Part shown: positions 40,626 through 54,849 of the stretch, piece after piece
Layout: the number at the start of each line of letters is the position of its first letter
How positions within the stretch are numbered: position 1 is the first letter of the stretch
Assembly: GCA_951406725.2 (NCBI GenBank)
Contig: OX597819.1
Span: 15,624,001 to 15,688,000 of the forward strand
From: Octopus vulgaris
Lineage: Eukaryota
Direction: 5' to 3'
DNA length: 64,000 bases
The notes under the pieces: model-generated
What the model was told of the DNA's origin: nothing
The model's database searches: none
The model's input: only the letters and a program-made list of their open reading frames with translations
Program-made: the position numbers and the translations under genes

Positions 40626-41236
40626 ATATATATATATATATATATGCATGTATATATGATGATGATACATATACATAAGACCTATGCCAGTAATATCAGT
40701 ATGCCTGGCAAACCATGATGTTTAAGCTGCATGTAGATTGGTCAAAACCATATTCCAAAAATTAGGAGGTACAAAAAGGAAGAAGTCAGTCATTTTACTA
40801 CAGTTGTCAAGAACTCAACAGTCAGTTAAATACTAAAATACTAATAAAAAATATGAAAACCAGACCATGTTTTATATATATATATAAAATATCTTACACA
40901 CAATATTCATACATATATTCAAGAATTAAAAATGTAAATAAATATATATTCACACTCACACACCCAAAACTCACCCACAGTTCACCACACTAAACATGCA
41001 CTTGGGACACACATCCACAATTCAGCCAACTATATACATATAATAATTGGATGGCTGTTGACTCTTAAGAGTTATTCTGCCCTTTTACAGGTCTTGTTTT
41101 TAGTCCTGCAGGGTGTCCAATACACACATTCCTTACCAAGTGGAATTTGTTGGGGAGCCAGTTTAGTCGCCAACAACCTGACCATGCAACAGGTAGTACT
41201 GGGTTACAAAGTACCAGTAGCATAAATGATCTGACA

Positions 41237-42406
41237 TCTATATATATAAAACTCAACTTGTGTGTCTGTGTGTGTATCTGTGTGTGTGTCTGTGTGTCTA
41301 ACTTCCCAGCACATCTCCTCCTAGCCAACAAATCGTAGAACCACCAAAAATGGTCACTTAAAGTTTAGGCGAATGAAAATTGAACTGCGCTATTTCTGTT
41401 TCAAAATTCATCTCGCAAGTGCAAAAATCGATAATGTGTTTGTTTAGGCCTTATCCCATGCATTGGATAGTGAACTTTACTCAGTCAGCTGTTTGATGTG
41501 AACTGTGTTCACCACACGTGCAAGCATGCGTAAATTGCATGAAAAATAAAAAATCAAGATATAAAAACGAATTTGTGAACACATACCAATTGTTTTCATA
41601 ACATTTTTAACGCTTTGAATTAAATGTGACCATTTTGCGTTGAGTCTGCAGTTTACTCTTTTTTCTCTTTTTACTTGTTTCAGTCATTTGACTGCGGCCA
41701 TGCTGGAGCACCGCCTTTAGTCGAGCAAATCGACCCCGGGACTTATTCTTTGTAAGCCCAGTACTTATTCTATCAGTCTCTTTTGCCGAACTGCTAAGTG
41801 ACGGGGACGTAAACACACCAGCATCGGTTGTCAAGCAATGCTAGGGGAACAAACACAGACACACAAACATATTCACACACACTTATATATATATACATAT
41901 ATACGACAGGCTTCTTTCAGTTTCCGTCTACCAAATCCACTCACATGGCATTGGTCGGCCCGGGGCTATAGCAGAAGACACTTGCCCAAGATGCCACGCA
42001 GTGGGACTGAACCCGGAACCATGTGGTTGGTAAGCAAGCTACTTACCACACATCCACTCCTGCGCCTAAAGTTTGAATCACTTTAACTAAATTTTAGCTG
42101 GCCGGATTTTTGATCATCACGATACATCACCAGCGACTCCCTGAAACTCTCCCCTGAAATCCCCGTTGAGAAATACTGATCTAAAAGAATAATTCAACAA
42201 TGCAATTATTTGATCAACAAAAATTTATGAAACACTTCTACATACTTCCTATTGAGGAAATGGAACACATAAGCGCAAAAATAGAGGGCATTAAATGCTT
42301 GATTTTAAAACCAAAATAACTGAATTTTGATTGAACTTCATCCAAGTTTAGCTTAATTCGCGCGTGCATAGAATGCATGAGCGCACAAGCCGGGCAATAC
42401 TGCTCG
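41237..42406 (+). mobile_element. Non-autonomous Helitron with nested SINE
   Basis: A|TCTATATATATAAAACT..GTGTGTCTGT 5' end resembles the 60626 element. 3' end GCCGGGCAATACTG-CTCG|T (decayed CTAG). SINE inserted at 41655-42066. Confidence 0.65.
41655..42066 (-). mobile_element. CORE-type SINE copy nested in a Helitron
   Basis: Full-length reverse-complement copy. Confidence 0.88.
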
Positions 42407-42469
42407 TATTTTATATATATATTTGTATTTTCTTTTCTCTTATTTGATTTGATTTGCGTGTATTTGTAG

Positions 42470-44610
42470 ATGTAATTAATGGGGTAGAAGGAGCTCCCAG
42501 GTTTAATAAAGCCATGGGGAAGGCAATCTGTCTAGGAGAAGGTAACTCCAAATGCAAATCCTTCACTGCTTTCTTGAAGTTAGCCTTTGGTTGGACAAAG
42601 ACTGGGAGAAGAACACTCTGATATAAAACCACTGGAAAGGTTTAAACTCCAGGATAATAAAACATGTGACCTCCATAATCACCCAGACATCTTGTCTTGG
42701 TTTGTCACTGGATATCAGATTTTGTGGGAGGAGTGGGTGCCATACGTGTTGTACAGGCATGTGGCATTGATATTTAAATGTATGGGTATCTTTTCAAGTC
42801 CCACAGCAATGGAATAGTGGTGACAAGTGCAGGCTTAATGGGCTGGGAGTGCATAGTCACGTATCTGCACATGGGTGGCTCAGGGCCCATCTAATGTCGT
42901 TGCATTGTTGAAAGAACAGCAGCATGCTTTGGTGAGGTCGAGAACGTCGGAGCAGCCCTCTCTAGGGTAGCACTGATCACCCAGAAATCTGGGAAAGGTC
43001 TCGAAAAGGTGACCCAAACAAGTGCCTTTTCTACCATCAAGCTGGTCAGCAACCTACAGCTGACGGCTGTTCACTACAAAAGAAGGAATACAAAGAGAAA
43101 ACATGCAAGCAAGAAATATAGATTATGGGTAGGTGTATGGAATGTCAGGACACTTCTTGATCATGAAGGGTTAAGTAACTCAGAACGGCGAACTGGCATA
43201 ATAGTCAGGGAATTGACTCTCTCAAACTCGGTTGAGTGTTGAAGATCAATTGACAGAAACAGGTGCTGGATACACTTTCTTTTGGAAGGGTAAACCAAAG
43301 AGTGAAAAACAAGTACGGGGTGCTGGCTTTGCCGTTCGTACCAAGTTAACCCACAAAATAGAACGACCTAATGGCTTCATTGATAGGATTATGTATCTTT
43401 GAGCTTCTCTACCATGCAATCATTTTATGACTGTTATCTCTGTTTAAGCTCCTGCTCTTGATGGCAGCAGTGAATTGATTATGGCTTTCTATGATCTCAG
43501 ATTGGTTATGATGTCGATTCCAAATGCAGATAAGATCCTCCTTGGCAATTTCAATGCCCATGTTAGATGTGATTATGAGACCCAGGATGCACTAGGGAGA
43601 CATGGTTTGGGCAAAATGAATGCTAATGCTCTCTGTCTTCTCCAGCTCTGCACTGAACTTGATCTCATCATCTGCAACACTGTTTTTCATCAGAAGGATA
43701 TCCATAAATTTACCTGGATGCACCCTAGATCCAAACATGGGCATATTCTTTATTATATTATCACCAGGAAATGAGACCTTCCAGATGTTTGTACTGTCTG
43801 AGTCATGCGAGGTGCAGAATGTGAGACTGACCATATACTCATACGCGGTAACTTGAAACTCCGCATCATGCGTAGAATAAGATCTGGAGGAATAAAAGTC
43901 CCTAAACATATTGATGTGTTGAAATTAAGGGGCTCTAAGGTGCAGGCAAATCTTAGAAATGCTATTGGAGAAGCGGAATTTGATGGAACTTGAGATCAGC
44001 TTAAGACCACTATTTACAATGTTGGGGTTGAGGTTCTTGGTCTCAGAAACAGAAAACATTGGGACTGGTTTGATGAAAATGATCTACAGATCAATAAACT
44101 TCTTGATGATAAAAATAATTTGTGCCAAAAATACCTCAGTGCTCCAGATGAAGATAAAAAGCCCTTACTGCAGTCTCTCAAAAGGATAAAATCATCACTC
44201 CAAAGAAAGATACAATAAATGAAAAACAAATGGTGGTCGGATATTTCTGAAAAAATCCAGAAAGTGTATTATAACAGTTAAGAAAGTGTATAACAGTATA
44301 TCACTTGATCGGACAAGTGTTTGATCCTTGGTCTTCATTTGTGGTACTACTTAAATCTAAAGACAGCTGCTTTCTCTTCAAGGATCATGAGGGTATCATG
44401 AAACGGTGAAATGAGCACTTCACTGATCTCTTTTATAATCCTTCAGTTATTGATAAAAAAATCATCAGTGATCTGCCCCAAAAGGATATCAATCAGGAGA
44501 TGATGGAACATCCAGCTATAGATGAGATCAAAAAGAGAATCAAAGAATTCAATACTGGGAAGGCACCAGGTCTTGAAGGTATTCCTGTTGAAATTCTCCT
44601 CCACAGGGGT
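42470..44610 (+). mobile_element. Degenerate RTE-clade LINE: 5' UTR, AP endonuclease and start of RT
   Basis: Broken frames with motifs WNVRTL, GYTFFWKG, LGNFNAHV, TWMHPRSKHGH, RGAECETDH and GKAPGLEGIPVE; multiple stops and frameshifts. Confidence 0.9.
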
Positions 44611-45139
44611 ATCCTTGTCTATAACTGGAACACAACCACAGATTTACAATATAGAACAGTGATAAACTATAATCCTGGACTCTGCCTCAAAAATACGCAG
44701 TGTTCTTTACTAACCTAAACAATATTGTTAGCCTGGTGTAGTAACAGAGAGCTTATGAAGTATTCCTCCATTGCTTGATTTGATGCAATTTATGAAACTT
44801 TTGTTTCATAAATAACTAACAAGCTGCTGTAAGCTGGGTCTAAAGTGCATTCGTCATCCTTTCTACATGAATATCCTGGGTCAACAACTGGCATGGTTTG
44901 GTATGCTGTTATTGGTTTCATGTAAGGAACACAGGAACAGCTGACTTACATTGTGTTAATTAAAGATCTTGTCAAAGAGTTGTGCTGGAAATGTTTGTCT
45001 GGAGGGGCCTTGAATTTCCTACTAAACTTAGTTTGATGCTTAACCCCTCTTTTACCATAAGTCTGTCTAAATACATTACCTTTGTTTTAATCAATTTTGG
45101 GAACAATAAAGAATCTCGTAAAATTACATTGTCAATATA

Positions 45140-45304
45140 GGCGCAGGAGTGGCTGTGTGGTAAGTAGCTTGCTTATCAACCACATGGTTCCGGGTTCATT
45201 CCGAGTGCATGACACCTTGGACAAGTGTCTTCTACTATAGCCTCGGGCCAACCAAAGCCTTGTGAGTGGATTTGGTAGACGGAAACTGAAAGAAGCCCGT
45301 AGTA

Positions 45305-45349
<45 letters not shown>

Positions 45350-45770
45350 TTTTACTCTTTTACTTGTTTCAGTCATTTAACTGCGGCCATGCTGGAGCAC
45401 TGCCTTTAATCGAGCAATTCGACCCCTGGGACTTATTCTTTTGTAAGCCCAGTACTTATTCGATCAGTCTCTTTTTGCCAAACCGCTAAGTAACGGGGAC
45501 ATAAACACACCAGCATCGGTTGTCAAGCAATGCTAGGGGGACAAACACAGACACACAAACACACACACGCATATATATATATTTATATATAAATATATAC
45601 GACGGGCTTCTTTCAGTTTCCGTCAACCAAATCCACTCACAAAGCTTTGGTCGGTCCGAGGCTATAGTAGAAGACACTTGCCCAAGGTGCCACGCAGTGG
45701 GACTGAACCCAGAACCATGTGGTTGGTAAACAAGCTACTTACCACAGAGCCACTCCTGCATATATATATG

Positions 45771-45827
<57 letters not shown>

Positions 45828-46040
45828 ATATGTTTGTGTGTCTGTGCTTGTCCCCACAACATCGCTTGACAACCGATGTTGGCGTGTTTACATCCCTGTA
45901 ACTTAGCAGTTCGGCAAAAGAAACCAATAGAATAAGTACTAGGATTCCAAAGAATAAGTCCTGGGGTTGATTTGCTTGACTAAAGGCAGTGCTCCAGCAT
46001 GGCCGCAGTCATATGACTGAAACAAGTAAAAGAACAAAGA
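45140..46040. mobile_element. Nested CORE-type SINEs (minus copy 45349-45760 inside the TA tract of a plus copy)
   Basis: Plus 5' half at 45140-45303, full minus copy, then plus 3' half at ~45817-46040. Confidence 0.85.
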
Positions 46041-46575
46041 AAAGAAAGAATATAAATCTGGTGTTTGGAACATAACATGATATTTTGATGGAAGATTGCA
46101 ATGTAGATCACTTGAACCCCTTTGTTACCATATTTCTGTTAAAATACATTGATTTTATTTCAATTAATTTTGAAAATATTAAAGAGAATTTTTGTCAATT
46201 AACTCTGCCAGTATAAAGCTGATGTTTGGAATATAACATGAAATTTTGATGGAAAGCTTTAACTTAGAACGTTTTAAAACAAGAAGTTTGTATCATAAAA
46301 CCATGTACAGTCTTGGATGAGTTGGTATGAAGTGGGTTAGAAAGAAAATGGGAAGAGAATCATCATTTTCTTAGCCTATTCTGGGACCTTTTGGTTTACA
46401 TAATAATATAAATATAATAATAATCATCATCATCATCATCGTTTAACGTCCGTTCTCCATGCTAGCATGGGTTGGACGGTTCGACCGGGGATCTGGGAAT
46501 CCAGAAGGCTGCACCAGGCTCCGGTCTTATCTGGCAAAGTTTCTACAGCTGGATGCCCTTCCTAACGTCAACTAC

Positions 46576-47030
46576 TCAGTGCTCAGGTGCACCACGACTT
46601 GTCAAAGTGCATATAAAGTGCATATAAAGCATATGCAGTAATGTCTGGGAAGTGAACAGTGTATGAGTCAGATGCATGCTTGCGTGTGTATGGAGGGGAG
46701 AAAATCAGTTGTAGTGTTGGCGAATCTCAGGAAGCATAGAAGTTTTGAAGGATGCAGTGCTCCGACAACTAACAACAGATGCCGGCAGTTTGTTCCATAC
46801 TTCAGCAACTCTTAGCATGAAAAAATGTTTCCGAAAGTCTTGCGAGCTGTGCTGTTTTCTGACTTTGTAAACATGTCCACAGGTGTTAGACAGGTGGAGT
46901 TTGAAAAGGTGCTCAGAGTTATTGTTAGTAAGATGGTTAATAATTTTATGGGTGTCTGCCAAGTCAGCTGCCAGACGTCAGAGTTTCAATGTATCCATGC
47001 CCAGGGAAGTAAGGCGTTCAGAATATGGCA
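46576..47030 (-). mobile_element. CR1/L2-like LINE 3' fragment
   Basis: KII...T.GH.YK...RKHFF..RV...WNKLP.SVV......FK, the typical CR1-group RT C-terminus. Confidence 0.8.
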
Positions 47031-48383
47031 TATGCCTGATGGTTGGGGGTTTAGATGATTGGTCCCTTGAAGCCATTGTTTAACCAATCTCTGGATCTCT
47101 GGATAAGGTGAACTTAGTTGGGAGTTGCTTTGTCAAAAGTGCCTTAGAGGATGATACAATCGAGATCCTATCACTCACATTGGGTACCAGATTTCTGAAA
47201 ATACTGGGGAACTGGAAGGAAAGTCTGCTAGTGTGTCTAAATTGATGATTGGGTTTATAAGTCTACTGAGACATCAAAGAAGTTGGTTAAATTAGTGCTG
47301 ATTTTTGTCTTACTGCCTATGCTGTTAAAAGTTGTGATTAGATTCTTATACAAAGTGTCTAAAGTATGGCTATCACACTGGTTAGACACTGCTAAACAAT
47401 CATTTCTGTAAAGACTAATATGTGGTTAGGAAGTCTCTATCTTAGGAGGTCAACTATGTCACAGCTATTTTGGCTCTGTCATATGATCCTCTCGCGATAT
47501 CAAATAGGTTAATGAGATAAGACCTTTTTGCCCATGCTAACCTGCTTTCAAAGAGCAGGATCTTGCATGTGTAATAAAATCTATAGTACTGAATTAGTAC
47601 ATGATTTATTTGGAATGTTACTGACATGCTGTTGTTCCATTGATACATGCTGGTTTCTTCCTAATTTTTATACCAGTAACTCTGAGATGCTTTTTTTTTT
47701 AATGTAAAAGAGTGTGCTGGGAGCATTTTATCATGGAACCAACATTAGAAAGGTTGTCTTGTACCCTGGAAAACAAAAGGGTTCACACTGCTCTAGGTTA
47801 TTACTGCTGATTTTGGGAAGTCAGTGGAATGGATAGAAGAGCAGGTGATGAACAAAGGTGAAATGTAGTAAAAAAAAAAAACAGGTTATGTTAGGAGAAA
47901 TAAAATGATTGGGATGACATTGCGAAAGAAGAGACAGAGAGAGTGTAATGGAAGAGATACTGTAATAACGAGGACACAGTAAGAAGAAATAATGGTGAAA
48001 AATAACGGGTGAGGGAATAACGGATAGTTATAGAAATGGTTGGCTGTAGGAGAGTGTGATGGATATCAATAATGAGTGACCAGGGAGAGGGAGAGGTGGC
48101 TACTAGTAGAGAAGGACAGTGTTTAGTGGATTGTGAGTGATGACTAGTCAAGATGGGGAGGATACGAGGGTAATGGAAGTCTATAAGAAACTCACAAAGG
48201 ATAAGGAGTGATGAATGGCAGCATAAGGGGTTAAATGATGGTGAGGATGCAGTGGATCTGATGCAATTGCTAGGTATTTACTTAGGCATTGTAATGTGTG
48301 TGTTGTAGGGTCATGGGGTAAATTTGGTACAAGTGGTAGTGAGAGGGTGGAAAGGAATATCAAACTCCAACAATGACAATGCA

Positions 48384-48618
48384 CATTATTTACATTTGAC
48401 AGATATTTGTCCTCATCTTGTTTGTTGTTAACACAATGTTTTGGCTGATATACCCTCCAGCCTTCATCAGGTGTCTTGGGGAAATTTCGAACTTGGGTTC
48501 TCATTCCTAAGGTATTTTTCAATGTTGTTATTATTATTATTATTCAGGTTACTGCCTGGAATCAAAATCGGAATTTTGGGGTTAGTAGCCTGTGCTCTTA
48601 ACCACTATACCATGTAGC
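48384..48618 (-). mobile_element. tRNA-headed SINE-like element with hammerhead motif (copy A)
   Basis: Colinear with 63262-63495. Hammerhead motif at 48430-48475 with GGCUG/CAGCC stem II, but GAAA has decayed to AAAA. Confidence 0.72.
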
Positions 48619-49799
48619 AATCTCATTTCAGAAGCATTTTGATGATAGCACCAGCATAGCTAGAGTGTTTGCTGCCTCACAACAAAAAACACAGATTACC
48701 TACAGCAGACCCCAAAATGCCACTCGGGATGTACCACTCCCACTCCCAGCTACACTAGTGAATGAGAGAGTAGAGAGATGTAGATGGTGGGAGAGCGAGT
48801 CTGAGCAGGTCTAGTGTTTCCATTCATTATGCAAGTGAATTGGGGAGGGGGGCAGTGAGAAGGGATGAGAAGACATCAAATAGATAAGAGAAGTAGTGAA
48901 TGAGGACTTCCTTGTCATTGTTTAACATCTGCTTTTCCATGCAGAATATTGAGGAAAATTTATCTACAGCTGGATATCCTTCCTGTCACCAACCTTCATC
49001 TGTTTCCAAGTCAGGTAATATTTCCCCATGGCTAGACATGTTTTTCTTGGGAGAATGGAAATAAACAACCTTGCTGGCGTAATGATGATGTTCATTTAGA
49101 GCTATCACATCATGTGTAGACAAGGCTATATACAAATACATAGACGCATAGACATGACAAATTTCCTCCAGCAACTGTTTGGCTATACCATAGGCTGAGG
49201 CATATTTCTTTTATCATTCTCAGTTCCAGGCTTTCTTCCACATGCTTCTGCCATCTCCAACATGAAGCATTCTCTGCTGCCCATTGCCTCTCAAGTTGGA
49301 CATTCAGAATAGTCCCATGTCAACCTTATAATCACAAGTATTTGAACAGGGGCCCTCACTCCTATCAGACATAGTGTATCTAAAACATTATCTAAAGGGC
49401 TATTCTGGTTTTAAAAGCCTTGGGTGAGATTTGAGATTTGGTTGGTATTTCTAGCAGGTCAAGCGACCTTGTAGAAGTGCATTCGTTGGTTCATGGGGCT
49501 ATAGATTGAAACCTAAGGCATCTCATCTTCACTGGAAGTACTGCATAATGCCATTTTTCTGTTTACCTCAAACTTTAGACGTTTCCTTTCTTATTACCTT
49601 CTCAAGAATCAACTTGACAACCAATATTTTTTCACCAAAATGGACCACACCATATATACACAAATATCTGGGATAATTCTTTAACGTCTGAAACAAAAAA
49701 AATTAAAAAGTTATATATACATATATATATATATACACACAAAGTATATGTGTGTGTGTGTTTGTATTAAAAATCTGACAGAAAAAGTTTTTCAACATG

Positions 49800-50330
49800 T
49801 CATTAGTTACTTCCCTTGTTGAAAATAAGTTCTCGTGAGAACATTGTACGTTAGTTCTTGACTATACGTGACCAAATAACATCCCGTTACATTATTTTAT
49901 TCTAAACATCAATTACAGTAATTAATACTGATTATTAATTATAATCATTTACATAATTATAAAATATGAATAATAATAATACTTAGTCAAAAAATTTAAA
50001 GAAATTTGTGAGTGTGTGTGCAGTTATCTCCCCTCGGAAGGGAGGTGTTTGTATTTCAAGGTCAAAGTCCAACTGCAAGATGGCGACTGGCCTTGTCTGT
50101 TTGACAGACAGTCGAAGTAGTTGTGAGTGGAAACAGGCTGTTGACTGGGAAACACTGACCGAAAAACCTATCTAGTTTTGCCAAACTGCAGCTGAAAGTT
50201 CGAAGGAAATCACTGTGACGGATTTAAAGAAAGAAAAGAGGCCGATCATTGAGAAGAGAGGCCTAGAAAAGTTGACGTGTCACCGGAGAATGCTAACAGA
50301 AGAGAAACCCTCCTCACACTTTCTCTCCCC
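49800..50330 (+). promoter_or_regulatory. Probable promoter/first exon of an unidentified gene
   Basis: Non-repetitive, CpG-retaining segment with TCTCGTGAGA at 49831-49840 and YY1-type CAAGATGGCG at 50076-50085. Its ATG opens only a 31-aa ORF (50080-50175). Confidence 0.45.
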
Positions 50331-50468
50331 TCTCAACAACAACATTTAGCGCTAAACAATCCGTTGATCATATAATACCACTTGCTATTGGTCCTTCTTC
50401 CCCTCATTACAATATTTGTCTATCTTTCCAATTATCTTATATTTCTATGTATAATCTATGTAATTAAC

Positions 50469-50499
<31 letters not shown>

Positions 50500-51636
50500 T
50501 AGGAATCAAACTTTACTGACATATATATATATATATATATCTGTTTATCATTCCTATATATATAAACATATACAATATTTTTTATCTCTGTGGACATGTT
50601 CAGACTTCATACAAACAGTCTGTCAATATGATGTGTGAGTATAATTAAGCACATATAATATACACACACAACGCGCGCATATAACTTATCTTCTCTTCCG
50701 ATAACGAACTGTTAAATCGGTGATCGGTCAGTATCGCAGAACAGGGTCGAACCTACACACACCCACCTTAATCAGACCGGTGATAAAACTATTGCTTGTA
50801 TCTCTCCATGACCACCAACACCGCCGCCGCCATCATCATTACTCGGTCTCTCATTCTTTTCTTCCTCGTGTCCATGGAAGCAAAAACCGCTTCTCTCTAT
50901 TGTCCGTCACTGACCAAAAGGCGAAGTTGTCTCTGTCACACGACGCATTCCCACCCATCCCTAGGTTGATCTCATGATGATGATGATGATGACCATGTTT
51001 ACCATCTACACTACTTCAAATAACACAGCCACTGATATATCAACACCCCAACCACAACAAACACTGTCAACATCACCACCACCACCACCATCGTCACCGA
51101 GAACTAGCTAAATATTTAACCAGTTAGCAACCTCTACAAAAAGGCAAAACATACAACCATCGTTATTGTGGTAAACTCTTCCTTTACGACTACATCAACC
51201 TAACATTAAACTTATCCATACCACCAGTATTTCCCAAGCATACGTCTTCAGACCTCCAAAAGCATAAAGAAAAAAAAAAACCCCCAAAAAACATACTGAA
51301 TTCCCAGTCCTCCCCCATCTCACAACCGCTGCTCCCATCCCTAAACCACTACTTTGGTATTCAGTGGTCATCTCGCCATCCTAACTTGACCGGTGTGGAG
51401 GAGAACAAAACAAATAGAAATATAAAGATTATTGCGAGGTGCTCGGAACGACGATAAAGAAGGAAGTTACTCACACCGCCAACATCTCCCCGAACCTGTA
51501 GGTGTGATTAGTGCGACACACAGACAGACATAGGTGTGTATGTATACACAACTACATATTTCTCTATATACACTTGTCTATGGATCTATAACATCTCATG
51601 TGGAACTTGGTAAGTCTGTCTTTTTCTGTATACTGT

Positions 51637-51673
<37 letters not shown>

Positions 51674-51791
51674 CCACTCTTACTCACTTGTCATATATAT
51701 ACAGTATATATATATATATAATGAAATCGTTGCCGATGTGTGTATCTGTCAGTATTTATATGTTTTATTTAAGCGAATGTGTGTAAGCGTA

Positions 51792-52100
<309 letters not shown>

Positions 52101-52103
52101 CAT

Positions 52104-52134
<31 letters not shown>

Positions 52135-52387
52135 AGCACACACATATATACACCTCCAGACGTACGTATAAAACTGCAACAGTCCAAACGGGTGTTATCG
52201 GAAAAGAAGTGCCAGGCAAGGTACGTTCCGGCATTTTAATTACGGCTGTATGTTCTGAGTTCAAAACCCGCCAGAATTACTTTTCCGAGGTCGATTTTAT
52301 ATCATCTACGTCTGGCCTCAACCTGCTCAGATAGTTGTCAAAATGTTCCTCGAATCACGCCCTTGCCTCTTAAGTAAAGAAAGACAC

Positions 52388-52471
<84 letters not shown>

Positions 52472-52875
52472 TGTGCAACTGTCCCTCTTGTCGTTAAAAT
52501 AAGATACATGGATAGACAACCACAGGTGCTTCAGTAAGTTGAACGTGAGGGTCAGCTCAAACAGGAGTCGTTTACCACACATTTCAGTTGCCAAATTTAA
52601 GAGCAATATATCTGGTGAATAATGTAAACAAACTATTATTGGCGTAAAGTCATTTATATAATGGTACAAGTCCGACATTTAATTATACAACACGTACCGA
52701 CCTGTTGTGTGTGTACAGACACAGACATATTTTGAATTTTTATATATATATATTATATATAGGTTTGTTGATATAAATAAGAAAATAGACAAGTCACTAA
52801 TTTCTTCCGATTATATATATATATATATATATATGTATATGTGTATGTGTGTGTGTTGTTGGGGTTTGGCAGCTA

Positions 52876-53150
52876 CATCGTAGAGGAAATGGTATTTAAT
52901 AACACACAAGGTTGTTAAATTCACTTTAAAATTCAATTATGATTGAAGAAGGGGAGAATTTTTCGTCGTACAACTGCGACCCGGGCACTGACTAGATTTC
53001 ACACCCAAAGCAGTTGCGGTCGAACTGTGTTATTTATTATTGCCCAGGTTGCAGTTGTACGATGAAAATTCCGATGCCTTTTGAATGATAATTAAATTTA
53101 AAAGTGAATTTAACAACCTTGTGTAATAGTAAAATGGCTCTTCTGCGATG
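52876..53150. mobile_element. Diverged palindromic MITE-like element
   Basis: CACAAGGTTGTTAAATTCACTTT...AAAGTGAATTTAACAACCTTGTG plus inner CGTACAACTGC/GCAGTTGTACG inverted arms. Confidence 0.7.
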
Positions 53151-54451
53151 TTTTTCCTTTAGTTTCAACCACACCGTCTCATGAGAGGATCCAATACTGG
53201 GTGTAGTAGAACTGACAGAATTGACTTTATTATCTGTATAAAAGAGATAGACTGTGACTTCAAATTTCGTCTGTCGAGGCTTCTTTAAACAATATAAATA
53301 TCTTCACTCCTCTTACATTGGGTACATGGAGTTTAAAAAATTTTTTTTACTTCAAACGAGACTATTAACAAATTATATGTGTATATGTGGTATAAACCAT
53401 GTATGAATGCACAGCTACACGTACACATCTTTGAGATAGTTTCCTGGTTTAAACTCATCAAATTTCTTGTTTCTCACCTTGACTGTCAGAAATATAAATT
53501 TACTTTAAACAGAACACTAGTTTTAGAACAAAATTAATAAGGGCCCAGAAACTATGTATCTTGTCAGATTTATAGTTAAAATCCTTTGTATTTACAAAGG
53601 TATAATGTTTAATATTGTTTTATATCATGAATTTTAAATCGTTAAAATATATCTATGTATGCTTGCCTATTCTCTCTCTCTTTCTTTTTGTCTTTATTTT
53701 CCAAATTTCTTATCAATTAGAAAAAGAACCGGCTTCTCCATTGGAATTTAGACATCCGCCCGGTAGTGTTTGTGTGTGCCATTGCATATATGTATCTATG
53801 ATTTGATTTGTACGAATACATACCTACATGTCTATATGCGTGCGTGTACCTGTTACAGGCTGATCTTCTCAAATGTTTTGCATATCTCCACAGTTTCATT
53901 AATGGCTTGTAACTGTAATTTGTTAATTAGTTTCTCAAGGCTGATGCTGAGACACATTTACATAACCAGGTGTTCCAATAATCACAGGTGAAAACTTATA
54001 ATTCAGGTGTGGTGCCTGCAGATTTTTCTTTAGTTTAGATCAATGTTTCTTGACTATTTTCTTACCTGTGAATCCCTCTAATTCCTATTTTAATCGACTC
54101 GACCCTCCATCATATCCATTCAACGTTTAAAAACGTCCTATTATATTTTTATAACTAAATATTACTAGAAATTATATTAAAAAATTCAAAATTATTTTGT
54201 ATATTGTTGTTATAGAGCCAACTTATTGCACATAAATTTAAACAGCAAAATTTGATATGGACACCCACAAGGGCCATATTTTATGTGGATCCCCACTCCA
54301 CAAGGGCCATGTGGACCCTGGTTGAGAACTGCTTCAGACGTTTTATTCTCTCCTTTAATGAGCAATAACAGATTTCTGCTTTTGTACAAACTTTCTTTAC
54401 TCTCTCCCTGATTATTGTGCTTAGTCACTTGTGCCTGTATTTTATTAAGGA

Positions 54452-54849
54452 CTAGCAGTTTCGCCCGGCGTTGCTCGGGTTTGTTTCGATCCTTTAGAAT
54501 TGGAATTTTTGAAAAGTAAAAATGTTGCATTATGTAGCTTGTTATTCTCTTTAAGTGAACATTTTTCTGGTTGAAATACACCGAAAAATGGCGACACAAG
54601 CAGTAAAAAAAAATCGTAAAAAATAGGAATTTTCATAGAAAAAAAGCACCTTTTTGATGTAAATAATTTTTGGTGTTAACATGGTCCGATTTGAATTTTT
54701 TACGGAAAGAAGAGCGAGCCTTCTTCTATCATACTCTCAATTTTGGTCAACTTGCGCCTCAGGGTCTCAGAGGAGATAGTGTTAGTTGAAGGCTACCAAA
54801 CCTGCCATACACAGACAACTTCAGCTTTATATATATATAGAGATAGAGA
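54452..54849 (-). mobile_element. Non-autonomous Helitron
   Basis: Minus strand starts TCTCTAT..TATATAAAGCTGAAG and ends with hairpin CCCGAGCAACGCCGGG and CTAG|T. Confidence 0.8.

Noticed and set aside
54585-54596. YY1-like AAAATGGCG
   Set aside because: Lies inside a Helitron with no other promoter evidence.
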